From NCBI RefSeq assembly GCF_035627495.1, contig NZ_DASPLO010000012.1, positions 591 to 64,590 of the forward strand: a DNA stretch of 64,000 nt, read 5' to 3'. Source of the stretch: Methylocaldum sp. Lineage in GTDB: Bacteria; Pseudomonadota; Gammaproteobacteria; Methylococcales; Methylococcaceae. The notes below the pieces were generated by a model. It did no database searches, was not told where the DNA came from, and saw only the letters and a list, made by a program, of their open reading frames with translations. The position numbers were made by a program, and so were the translations under genes. Of the stretch, positions 26,873 through 35,413 are shown one piece after another; position 1 is the stretch's first letter; each line of letters begins with the position of its first letter.

Positions 26873-26964
26873 TGTCTGCAACGGGCGGAAGCCATCAAAT
26901 GAAGAACATAGGCACACACTTCGACCAACAATGCCGATCAATCACGAAGAAATAGGAGATACCG

Positions 26965-27447
26965 ATGAAGACCGAACCTCAGAAAGAACACGCGTGGCTG
27001 CAGAAGCTCGTTGGTGAATGGACGTATGAGTCCGAGTGCTCGATGGAACCCGGCAAGCCGCCGGAGAAGTTCAAGGGATCGGAGAACGTGCGCTCGCTGG
27101 GCGGCCTCTGGGTATTGTGCGAGGGCCGCGGCGAAATGCCCGGCGGAGGCATGGCGACAATGTTGATGACGCTTGGCTATGACCCGCAGAAGAAACGGTA
27201 CGTGGGGACTTGGGTGGGATCGATGATGACCCACCTATGGGTGTACGACGGGTCGCTGGACGCGGCGGAAAAGGTGCTGACGCTCAATGCCGAAGGCCCG
27301 AACTGCGCTGAGGAGGGAAAGCTGGCGAAGTACAAGGACGTGATCGAGATAAACAGCGACGACCACCGTGTGCTGACGTCGCACATGCTGGGTGATGACG
27401 GAGAATGGCACCAATTCATGACGGCGAACTATCGGCGGAAGGCATAG
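26965..27447 (+). CDS. DUF1579 family protein
   Basis: HAWLQKLVGEWTYE...GGLWVL...TLGYDPQKKRYVGTWVGSMMTHLWVYDG matches the DUF1579 pattern. Confidence 0.7.
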   Translation: MKTEPQKEHAWLQKLVGEWTYESECSMEPGKPPEKFKGSENVRSLGGLWVLCEGRGEMPGGGMATMLMTLGYDPQKKRYVGTWVGSMMTHLWVYDGSLDAAEKVLTLNAEGPNCAEEGKLAKYKDVIEINSDDHRVLTSHMLGDDGEWHQFMTANYRRKA

Positions 27448-27556
27448 CGGCCGTAGCGCTCCGAACATCGCCGCCTGGGACCAACGGGTGTAGGCCGGGG
27501 CGGGAATTCACGTCCGGTCAAAACTATCGGGAAGCGCGGCTTTCAACCGAAATCCT

Positions 27557-28096
27557 ATGGAGAAAATCATGCTCAAGACAATTGCTATCGTAGTCGTCGT
27601 TTTCGTTGTCGCGCTGCTCATCTTTGCCGCGACCAAGCCTGACACTTTCCGTGTCCAGCGCGCGGCGAGCATCAAAGCGCCGCCGGAGAAGATCTTTGCC
27701 TTCATCAACGACTTGCACCGTTGGGGCGCCTGGTCACCCTACGAGAAAAAGGACCCCGCGATGAAGAGAACCTACAGCGACGCGCCAAGCGGCAAGGGCG
27801 CGGTGTATGAGTGGGAAGGTAACAATGACATCGGCAAGGGACGCATGGAGATCACGGACACATCCCCACCTTCCAAGATCACGATCAACCTCGATTTCGT
27901 CAAGCCGTTCGAAGCCCACAACATCGTCGAGTTCACGATCGAACCCAAAGGCGACGCCACAAACGTCACGTGGGCCATGCACGGCCCCGCGTCCTTCATT
28001 TCGAAGGTAATGCAAATGTTTTTCAGCATGGACAAGATGGTCGGCAAAGACTTCGAAGCGGGTCTTGCCAACCTGAAGATCCTTGCTGAAAAGTGA
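27557..28096 (+). CDS. SRPBCC (polyketide cyclase/AHSA1-like) protein with N-terminal TM/signal anchor
   Basis: TM segment IAIVVVVFVVALLIFAA, then FRVQRAASIKAPPEKIFAFINDLHRWGAWSPY. Confidence 0.7.
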   Translation: MEKIMLKTIAIVVVVFVVALLIFAATKPDTFRVQRAASIKAPPEKIFAFINDLHRWGAWSPYEKKDPAMKRTYSDAPSGKGAVYEWEGNNDIGKGRMEITDTSPPSKITINLDFVKPFEAHNIVEFTIEPKGDATNVTWAMHGPASFISKVMQMFFSMDKMVGKDFEAGLANLKILAEK

Positions 28097-28208
28097 GAAG
28101 TGAGCGGCGGACGACTTCGGTCCTGCAATCACGCCCGAACTCCGGACGGAATCGATGGATGCCCCCGTAACGGCAGGGAAATTGCGCAGTTTGAAATGGT
28201 GCGAGCGT

Positions 28209-30089
28209 CTAGCCCTCTGTTGCGCTTAGCTGGGGCTGACATGACGGCTCATAGACCGGCAACCGCACCACGAATTCACTGCCTTTCCCAACGCCCTCAC
28301 TGTGGGCTTCCACCCGCCCGCCGTGCAGCTCCACGAGGCGGCGGACCAGGGTCAGACCAATCCCCAGTCCGCCCCCGGGACGGTCCAAGCTCTGCTCGGC
28401 TTGGACGAAGGGCTCGAAGACCCGCGACAGCAGATCCGCGGCCATGCCGATGCCGGTATCCTTCACCCGAAGCACCACCCCGGCATCCGCGCGCTCCACG
28501 GCCAGTTCAATGGTTCCGCCATTGGGGGTGTACTTGGCGGCATTGCTCAGCAAGTTTTCGAGGATTTGGACCAGCCGGCTGGGATCGGCCATCAGCCGCA
28601 CGGGCTCCGGCGGGAGGATCAGCGTCAGCCGGTGCTGACGCGCCTCCATCAGAGGCCGCGCGGTCTCGATAGCGTCGGTTACGACCTCCGCCAGTTCGAC
28701 AGTTTGGAGGTGCAGTTGCATTTTACCTTGGGTGATGCGCGAGACATCCAGAAGCTCATCCACCAGGCGGGTCAGGTGCATGACCTGCCGCTCGATCACG
28801 TCGCGTACCCATTGCAGTCTGGCTTCGAGAGGACCCAGCTTGCGCATCACCTGCACGGCATTGCGGATCGGCGCGAGGGGATTGCGCAGCTCATGGGCGA
28901 GCATGGCGAGGAATTCGTTCTTGCGGCGATCCATCTCAAGCAAGGCTTCCTGCGCCCGCTTTTGGTCATGGACATCCGCCGTAACCCCGAACCATTTGAT
29001 GATCTGGTCTTGATCATCGCGGATCGGAATGCTGTGGTTGCAGAACCACTTGTAAGTGCCGTCATGATGCCGCAAGCGGAATTCCGTATCAAAGGGCACG
29101 CCTTGGGTCACCGATTCCCGCCAGCGGGCCTGCATGCGGGCCTGATCCTCGGGATGCACCGCATCGAGCCACCCCTCGCCGAGCGCCTTTTCCGGAGTTT
29201 GCCCAGTAAACGTGTAATGGCGCTGATTGAGATAGTCATAGTGGCCGTTCGGGTCCGCGGTATAGAGAATTTCGGGCACATTCTCCGCCAACAGGCTGTA
29301 GCGTGCTTCCCGTTCACGCAAGGAGGCCTCCAGCCGCTTGCGTTCGCTGATATCGACAATGGAGGCGAGGACCAGGATCCCTTCGGCTGCGGCGATGGGA
29401 CTCAGGCCGATTTCGACCGGCACCTCGCGGCCATCCTTCCTCCGCCCGTACAAATCCCGCCCCTTGCCCATCGGTCGGATTTCGGGCAGGGCCAGGAACC
29501 GCCGCCGGTCCTGCTCATGCCGGGACCGGAAGCGTTCCGGCACCAGGGTCTCGATCAGTTCGCCCACCAATTCGTCCCGGGCATAACCGAATAGCCGTTC
29601 CGCTTGGGCATTGGCCAGGAGGATCGTGCCGTCCTGGCTCACCAAGATCATGCCGTTCGGAGCGGCTTCCACGGCCCATTCGAACCATTTCGTGGTTTCT
29701 TTCTGCTCATGCAGCGCAAGCTCCAGCTGGCGCTGTTTTTCAACCGACCGATCCAGCGCCTGGACCTCGGTTTTCCGCAGTTTGCTTATCAGCAGCGTAG
29801 TCAGAGAGCCCATCCCCACCAGCAGGAGCATCTGCAGCCGTGCGCCCGGCGGCGCGATGCGTGGATCGAAGGGAACTTGCAGGAAAAAGGCACTATTCAG
29901 TGCGCTCAGTGCCGTGGCGAAAAGACCGGCCCGGGTCGCGCCATACCACGCCGCGAGCATCACCGCGATCAGAAACAGCAGCAGCGGCGGATTGCCGCCG
30001 GTCAGCGGTTTTAGCCACCAAAGGAAGAACAGAATTGCCGACGTCGCGAGTACCGCTATGACAAAGCCATTCGATAATAATCGCTTAAT
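28209..30089 (-). CDS. PAS/PAS sensor histidine kinase (orphan); start probably upstream of the track start
   Basis: HisKA FLAMLAHELRNPL and HATPase NLLSNAAKYTP..DTGIGM..GGLGIGL. The track start (GTG 29963) falls inside a TM helix. The frame stays open upstream with no ATG/GTG/TTG, but an ATT at 30089 lies 8 nt after GAGGAGG. Confidence 0.8.
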   Translation of the reverse strand: MKRLLSNGFVIAVLATSAILFFLWWLKPLTGGNPPLLLFLIAVMLAAWYGATRAGLFATALSALNSAFFLQVPFDPRIAPPGARLQMLLLVGMGSLTTLLISKLRKTEVQALDRSVEKQRQLELALHEQKETTKWFEWAVEAAPNGMILVSQDGTILLANAQAERLFGYARDELVGELIETLVPERFRSRHEQDRRRFLALPEIRPMGKGRDLYGRRKDGREVPVEIGLSPIAAAEGILVLASIVDISERKRLEASLREREARYSLLAENVPEILYTADPNGHYDYLNQRHYTFTGQTPEKALGEGWLDAVHPEDQARMQARWRESVTQGVPFDTEFRLRHHDGTYKWFCNHSIPIRDDQDQIIKWFGVTADVHDQKRAQEALLEMDRRKNEFLAMLAHELRNPLAPIRNAVQVMRKLGPLEARLQWVRDVIERQVMHLTRLVDELLDVSRITQGKMQLHLQTVELAEVVTDAIETARPLMEARQHRLTLILPPEPVRLMADPSRLVQILENLLSNAAKYTPNGGTIELAVERADAGVVLRVKDTGIGMAADLLSRVFEPFVQAEQSLDRPGGGLGIGLTLVRRLVELHGGRVEAHSEGVGKGSEFVVRLPVYEPSCQPQLSATEG

Positions 30090-30585
30090 GGAAGCAACCT
30101 CCTCGACACAAAGGCATTCCCGCCCGGATAAATGAATTGGGGCAAGACTATGGAGTCGGGCAGCAGGGCGAAAAGGAAGTTCTTCTTCTTGGAAGATAAT
30201 GAAGACAACCGATCCGTACTACTTCCAAGGCCCAGGAGTGAGTAAGCGGACAGAGGGATTATCTTTTAAATCAGACTAGTTTACTAGGAATTTTCCTAAT
30301 AGACTGTTTGGCGCCCGAAAGAATTCCCGTTAGGAGAAAGAGCTGATCTTCCTAATCGTTCCACTTTGTCCGTCCTCTTGCTCCGGAACGGAAAAGGGGC
30401 GCACTGACCCGCACTATCCGGTCGTCAGACGGTCTTGTGATATATGAGGGATAGGGACGCAGGAATCCGCAACGCCGGAATGCACGGCCGTCCGCTGCCG
30501 CATTCCCAATGGTTTGGTCCAGCCCGGCGGGATCAGTACCGGCACGCGACCTCAAAATCCGCTGAAGGAGCCGGAGGAAACCAGG

Positions 30586-31545
30586 ATGAATGAAGAAAGA
30601 AAGCCAAGTGCCGAATGGCCGCTGATGCAGGAAATGGGGATTACCGATCGGGAAATCGCCAGACACCAAGCGTTTTTGGAATTCGGCGACGAGGACATCC
30701 AGGAACTGATGAGCATCAATGAACTTGCCCAAAAGTATGCAGATCCCATCATCGAAGACTTTTACAAGCATCTTCTCTCGTTCGAGGAAGCCCGTGCGTT
30801 TTTTCCAAACCCCGAGCTCATCGAGCGTGTCAAGCGTGCGCAGAAAGCCTATTTTCGAAGGCTCACGCAAGGCGAGTACGATCAGGCTTATATTGAAGAT
30901 CGCCTAAAGATCGGCGCGGTTCACGAGCGCATCGGCCTGCCCGTCAAGCTGTACTTGGGGATGTACACCTTCTACCTGAGAGCCGTCGCGGCTCGACTTT
31001 TCGAGGCGTATCGAGACGCGCCGGAAAGAGCGCTGGAGGCTTATCTCTCCTTGATGAAAGTGGTTTTTCTGGACATTGGCCTTGCGATCGACACGTACAT
31101 CTACCGCCGTGAGCAGCTGATCCGCCAGCAGCAGGAAGCCATGCGCGAACTCCCTACCCCGGTACTTCAGGTCCGCGATCGGCTGCTGATCCTGCCGATC
31201 GTCGGCGTGCTGGAATCGCATCGCGCCCGCCAGCTCACCGAGCAGTTGCTCAACAGTATCAGCGCCACCCGAGCGAAAGTCGCGATCCTGGATATTACCG
31301 GTGTGCCGATTGTGGACTCCAAGGTGGCCAACCATCTCCTGCAGACGGTCAGCGCTGCACGGCTCATGGGAACGACCGTGATCCTGACCGGCTTATCGCC
31401 CTCGATTGCCCAAGCGCTGGTGGTGCTCGGCATGGACCTGAGCCCGGTCAAAACCACGGTCGACCTGCAGAGCGGTCTTGAAGAGGCGGAACGGCTGCTG
31501 GGTTACAAGCTGATCCCTGTCGGAGAGGGGATGGCCCAGATGTAA
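30586..31545 (+). CDS. rsbR: stressosome sensor RsbR-like: globin-coupled sensor domain + STAS
   Basis: Protoglobin-type N-domain (ITDREIARHQAFLEF..., IGAVHERIGLPVKLYLG). C-terminal STAS (LILPIVGVLESHRA..., DITGVPIVDSKVANHL). Confidence 0.8.
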   Translation: MNEERKPSAEWPLMQEMGITDREIARHQAFLEFGDEDIQELMSINELAQKYADPIIEDFYKHLLSFEEARAFFPNPELIERVKRAQKAYFRRLTQGEYDQAYIEDRLKIGAVHERIGLPVKLYLGMYTFYLRAVAARLFEAYRDAPERALEAYLSLMKVVFLDIGLAIDTYIYRREQLIRQQQEAMRELPTPVLQVRDRLLILPIVGVLESHRARQLTEQLLNSISATRAKVAILDITGVPIVDSKVANHLLQTVSAARLMGTTVILTGLSPSIAQALVVLGMDLSPVKTTVDLQSGLEEAERLLGYKLIPVGEGMAQM

Positions 31546-31563
31546 CGCGGACCAAGCCTCTTT

Positions 31564-31941
31564 ATGAAAGCGCCAATTCTGAAAATCGGCCCCTATCTGA
31601 TCGCCTCTCTTCAGGCCGAGCTGACCGATACCGATTTGCTGGAATTGCAGGACGCCCTAGTGGAGCAGGTGGGCCGTTTTCGCTCGCGCGGCGTCATCCT
31701 GGACGTGACCACGCTGGACGTCATGGATTCCTTCGCGACCCGCACCTTGCGCAACATCGCCCAGGCGGTCGGATTGCGTGGCGCCGACGCGGTGATCGCG
31801 GGCATCCGGCCCGAGGTGGCGTTGGCCATGGTGCAGTTGGGTTTGGATCTGCGACTTTCCTGCGTGCGAACCACGCTGGATCTGGAGGAAGCACTGGCAA
31901 TTCTTGATCATGAAAGCAAAGGATCTGGCCGCCGTGGCTGA
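31564..31941 (+). CDS. rsbS: stressosome scaffold RsbS (STAS)
   Basis: Single STAS domain with the phosphorylatable Ser context LDVMDSFATR. Confidence 0.85.
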   Translation: MKAPILKIGPYLIASLQAELTDTDLLELQDALVEQVGRFRSRGVILDVTTLDVMDSFATRTLRNIAQAVGLRGADAVIAGIRPEVALAMVQLGLDLRLSCVRTTLDLEEALAILDHESKGSGRRG

Positions 31942-32335
31942 CGAAGTGCGCGTGATGATCCAGTCGGATGCCGACATCGTGCTGGCCCGCCAGCAAGCGC
32001 GCGGGCTGGCCAAGGAGCTGGGATTTTCGGCCAGCAACCTGGTCGTGATCGCGACCGCCCTCTCCGAATTGGCGCGCAATATCGTCCAATATGCTCAGTG
32101 CGGAGAAATCCTCCTGAGCCGAATCGAACACGGAAACCGCCGCGGATTCGTGATCATCGCCCGCGATCAGGGGCCGGGTATCGCCGACATCGAACGGGCC
32201 ATGCAGGACGGCTACTCGACGGGCGGAGGATTGGGATTGGGCCTGCCGGGGACCAAGCGGCTGATGGACGAATTCGAAATCACCTCCGGTGTCGGCCAAG
32301 GCACTACCGTGAGGGCCACGAAATGGATGCGTTGA
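31904..32335 (+). CDS. rsbT: RsbT serine kinase (GHKL ATPase)
   Basis: ALSELARNIVQYA, ARDQGPGI, GGGLGLGLPGTKRLMD. Overlaps the rsbS end. Confidence 0.85.
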   Translation: MIMKAKDLAAVADEVRVMIQSDADIVLARQQARGLAKELGFSASNLVVIATALSELARNIVQYAQCGEILLSRIEHGNRRGFVIIARDQGPGIADIERAMQDGYSTGGGLGLGLPGTKRLMDEFEITSGVGQGTTVRATKWMR

Positions 32336-32943
32336 TCGAGCATGGCGTCGCTGCACGGGCTTTTCCCGGAGAAAACGTGTCGGGCGACCGTCCTATGGTC
32401 AAGCTCGTTCCGAACGGGGTGCTGATAGCAGCCGTGGATGGCCTGGGCCATGGCGTGGCGGCCGGCATCGCCGCCGGAATCGCGGTCGCCACGCTGGAAG
32501 ACCACGCCGGGGAGGAACCGGAAGCGCTGGTGCAACGCTGTCATCAAGTGCTGAAAGGCACGCGCGGTGTGGTGATGAGCTTGGCCTCCATCGACGTGCG
32601 CGAAGGAAAGATGGCTTGGCTGGGCGTCGGCAATGTGGATGGCCTGTTGCTGCGGACCGCCGGTTCGCCCCCGACGCGCGAGGCGCTGTTGATGCGCGGC
32701 GGCGTGGTGGGCGATCAGCTGCCGCCCCTGCGCACCGCGTATCTTCCCATCGCGGCAGGCGACCTCCTGATCTTCACCACCGACGGCATCCGCAGCGACT
32801 TCGCGACAAGATTGTCCCTCATCGATCCGCTTCTTCGGCACCAGGACGTGCAGGAGATTGCCGACCGCATTCTGGCCCGCTTCGGCAAGACGACCGACGA
32901 TGCGCTGGTGCTCGTCGCGCGCTACCTGGAGGCCGCTCCATGA
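32323..32943 (+). CDS. rsbX: RsbX-like PP2C phosphatase
   Basis: VSGDRPMV...AAVDGLGHG... and TTDGI motifs of SpoIIE/PP2C. Overlaps the rsbT stop. Confidence 0.75.
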   Translation: MDALIEHGVAARAFPGENVSGDRPMVKLVPNGVLIAAVDGLGHGVAAGIAAGIAVATLEDHAGEEPEALVQRCHQVLKGTRGVVMSLASIDVREGKMAWLGVGNVDGLLLRTAGSPPTREALLMRGGVVGDQLPPLRTAYLPIAAGDLLIFTTDGIRSDFATRLSLIDPLLRHQDVQEIADRILARFGKTTDDALVLVARYLEAAP

Positions 32944-34541
32944 ACGATACGTTGCGCGAGTTCGCGAAACACTATGCCTCGGAGCTGCGGAACTACCTGG
33001 CGGGCGCGGGGGAGGCCGGCCTACAGCGCGCTTATGAACTCGGACGTCTGGCAGTCGAATCCGGCCTGGGCGTGCTGGATATCGAATCGATTTACCGGGA
33101 GGCGCTGGCGTCCGTGTTGGAAGGCCTGCCTTCCGCCGAAGAGAGCAGACATACAGTGGCGATGGCGGCGGAGTTCTGGGCCGAGAGTCTCGCGCCTTTC
33201 GAGATGACCCATCGCGGCTTCCGCGAAGCCAACGATGAGCTGCGCCGGCTCAACCAGACGCTGAAAGGCGAAATCACGGAGCGCAAGCGCGCCGAGGCGG
33301 CGCTCCAGAAAGCCCATGACGACTTGGAACGGCGAGTTCGGCTCCGCACCGCCGAACTGGCGCAAGCCAATGCCGAGCTTGGCGAGGAAATCACCGAGCG
33401 CAAGCACTACGAGGCGGAGCTGCGCCTACACGATCGCGCCATCGAAGCGTCCAGCGTAGGCATCATTATCACCGATGCGAGGCAGCCGAATTATCCCATC
33501 ATCTATGCCAATCCCGCCTTTGCTCAAATGATAGGCTTTTCCCGGGAGGAACTGATCGGGCGCAATCCCCGCATTTTGCAGGGGCCGGACACCGATCCGG
33601 AAGCGATTGCGGAAATTCGTCAGGCCTTGCGTGAAGGACGCGACTGCCATCTGACCCTGAAGAATTATCGGAAGGATGGAACCCCGTTCTGGAATGAGCT
33701 GTTCCTCTCTCCGGTGCGGGACAACCAGGGCAATCTCACCCATTACATCGGCACCCAAACCGATGTGACCGAGTTGCGCCGGGCGGAGGAAGAGCGCCAT
33801 GAGATGGAAATCGCCAAACAGATTCAACTGTCCCTTTTACCCGGCTCACCCTTGCAGCTTCCCGGTGCCCTCATTGCCGGCTACTGCCTGCCGGCCACCC
33901 ATGTCGGCGGGGATTATTTCGATTATTTTTGGGGGCCGGACACCATCGATCTCGTCGTTGCCGATGTCTCCGGGCATTCGATGGGTGCGGCGCTGGTCAT
34001 GGCGGAAGCACGCAGTACTCTTAGAGCGGAGGCCCTGCACAGACAGCAGGCACAACACGGCCTAGCACGGGGAACCGGGGAAATCCTCCGCGCCTTGAAC
34101 GCCTTACTTTACGATGATCTGAGCCGGGCGGACCTTTTCATCACCATGTTCTATATGAAATACCACCGCGCTACCCGGCAGTTGAGCTACGCCAATGCGG
34201 GACACAACCCCCCGCTGCTGCTGCGTTGCGGCGAAACGGCGTGCCGGGAGCTGGATGCCGAGGGGCTTATCTTTGGGGTGATCAAGGAGGTGGCGTTCGA
34301 AGAGAAAGGCACCGTTCTGGACAAGGGAGACCTCGTGCTGCTCTACACCGATGGCGTAACCGAGGCACAGAACCCGGAAGGCAAGTTTTTCGGCGCCGAC
34401 CGCCTCAGCGAGCTCTTGGCCGCCCAGGGGGCAAATACGCCGCAGGAGATCATCAACACAATCATCGAAGCACTGCAGACCTTCTGCCGCAGCCATTCCT
34501 TCGCCGACGATGTCTCCATGGTGGTTCTTAAGGTCACGTAG
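32940..34541 (+). CDS. RsbU/RsbP-like output phosphatase: RsbU_N-like helical domain, coiled coil, PAS, PP2C
   Basis: ATGA overlap with rsbX. N-terminal YELGRLAVESGLGVLDIESIYREAL, coiled coil (RKRAEAALQKAHDDLERRV), PAS (IIYANPAFAQMIGFSREELIGRN), and PP2C (GGDYFDY, VADVSGHSMGAALVM, LLYTDGVTE). Confidence 0.8.
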   Translation: MNDTLREFAKHYASELRNYLAGAGEAGLQRAYELGRLAVESGLGVLDIESIYREALASVLEGLPSAEESRHTVAMAAEFWAESLAPFEMTHRGFREANDELRRLNQTLKGEITERKRAEAALQKAHDDLERRVRLRTAELAQANAELGEEITERKHYEAELRLHDRAIEASSVGIIITDARQPNYPIIYANPAFAQMIGFSREELIGRNPRILQGPDTDPEAIAEIRQALREGRDCHLTLKNYRKDGTPFWNELFLSPVRDNQGNLTHYIGTQTDVTELRRAEEERHEMEIAKQIQLSLLPGSPLQLPGALIAGYCLPATHVGGDYFDYFWGPDTIDLVVADVSGHSMGAALVMAEARSTLRAEALHRQQAQHGLARGTGEILRALNALLYDDLSRADLFITMFYMKYHRATRQLSYANAGHNPPLLLRCGETACRELDAEGLIFGVIKEVAFEEKGTVLDKGDLVLLYTDGVTEAQNPEGKFFGADRLSELLAAQGANTPQEIINTIIEALQTFCRSHSFADDVSMVVLKVT

Positions 34542-34586
34542 GGGCTGGCCACCGCCTCCATGTGGGCTAGAGCGTTTTCTGGTCTG

Positions 34587-34825
34587 GTGTAGCGCCCGCA
34601 TGGCGGGCACTACACGTCTTAGTCCCGTTCGGACGCCCCCGAGCATCGGAGTCCGGAACCGGAATCGCCCGAAAGGGGCGCGGCGACCGAGGCACACGGA
34701 GGTGCCTTCGGTCGGCCCCGGTGCCGGACGAGACGCGCAGGATCAGGGCGTCCGCCGGGTGTCCTTTCTTTTGGTTCCTTTTCTTTGGACAAGCAAAGGA
34801 ACCCGCGTGCGGGGCGGCTCCCCGC
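34587..34825. repeat. cluster of REP-like hairpins
   Basis: Four hairpins: GTGTAGCGCCCGC/GCGGGCACTACAC, GACCGAGGCAC/GTGCCTTCGGTC, GGTTCCTTT-N13-AAAGGAACC, and GCGGGG-N5-CCCCGC. Track ORFs across the cluster are artefacts. Confidence 0.7.
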
Positions 34826-35413
34826 TCTAAAACAAGATGCCGCGACAAGCGGCACCTTGGGGTATGCTTCCGGATATCGCTCATCGCTACATCTTACCGA
34901 AAAATGCTCTAGCTAGTTGTTTCCCATCGAGATTTGCGTATAAGGCTATGGGTTCAGACCCTCCACGATGTGAGGCCGGTCGGCAATAGTGGACGCCCTG
35001 GCGCGCAGATTTGATGCAGACGCATGCGGACTCCGGGATATCGAGACCGGTCTCAAAGGCGTAGAACAAGGATCTTTCCACTTTCGCCGAAAGCGCTTGA
35101 TCTCAACCGCCAGGGGTGACTACATACAGGTCATGAGCGTAGAGCAGATTGAAAGCCTTTCGAAGCTCTTGATCCCGCCGCTGTCTCAGAAATTCATACC
35201 GAACGCCGCGGGCCTCGCCCAGGCCAAAGGCTTTATTCCATTGGTTGACCGGGCAGGATCTTACCGATGCTCTCAGACAGACAGCCGGCCAGTTCAGGGG
35301 ACAGGTGACCGGTTTTGGCCGAAAGCGCCTATCAACGGATCGGCGGTTCGCGACCCATTCCGGTCATTCAAGCAGCACAGATAAACACTGTTTTTACTTC
35401 GAACAAGCCTAAT

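Noticed and set aside
28302-29594. Very long ORFs antisense to real genes, for example 28302..29594, 44634..45575, 47594..48529, 56696..58375, 62901..63704, 7660..8403, 8956..9576 and 10916..11518.
   Set aside because: These are typical high-GC shadow ORFs. They have Arg/Pro/Gly-rich low-complexity translations and no motifs. Each lies opposite a gene with unambiguous family signatures.
34989-35384. The plus-strand ORF of 131 aa, and minus-strand fragments (…KAFGLGEARGVRYEFLRQRRDQELRKAFN…) that vaguely recall a Mor/HTH-type phage regulator.
   Set aside because: The similarity is too weak to support by eye and the frames are broken by stops. Best treated as unassigned intergenic or decayed DNA downstream of the STAND gene.
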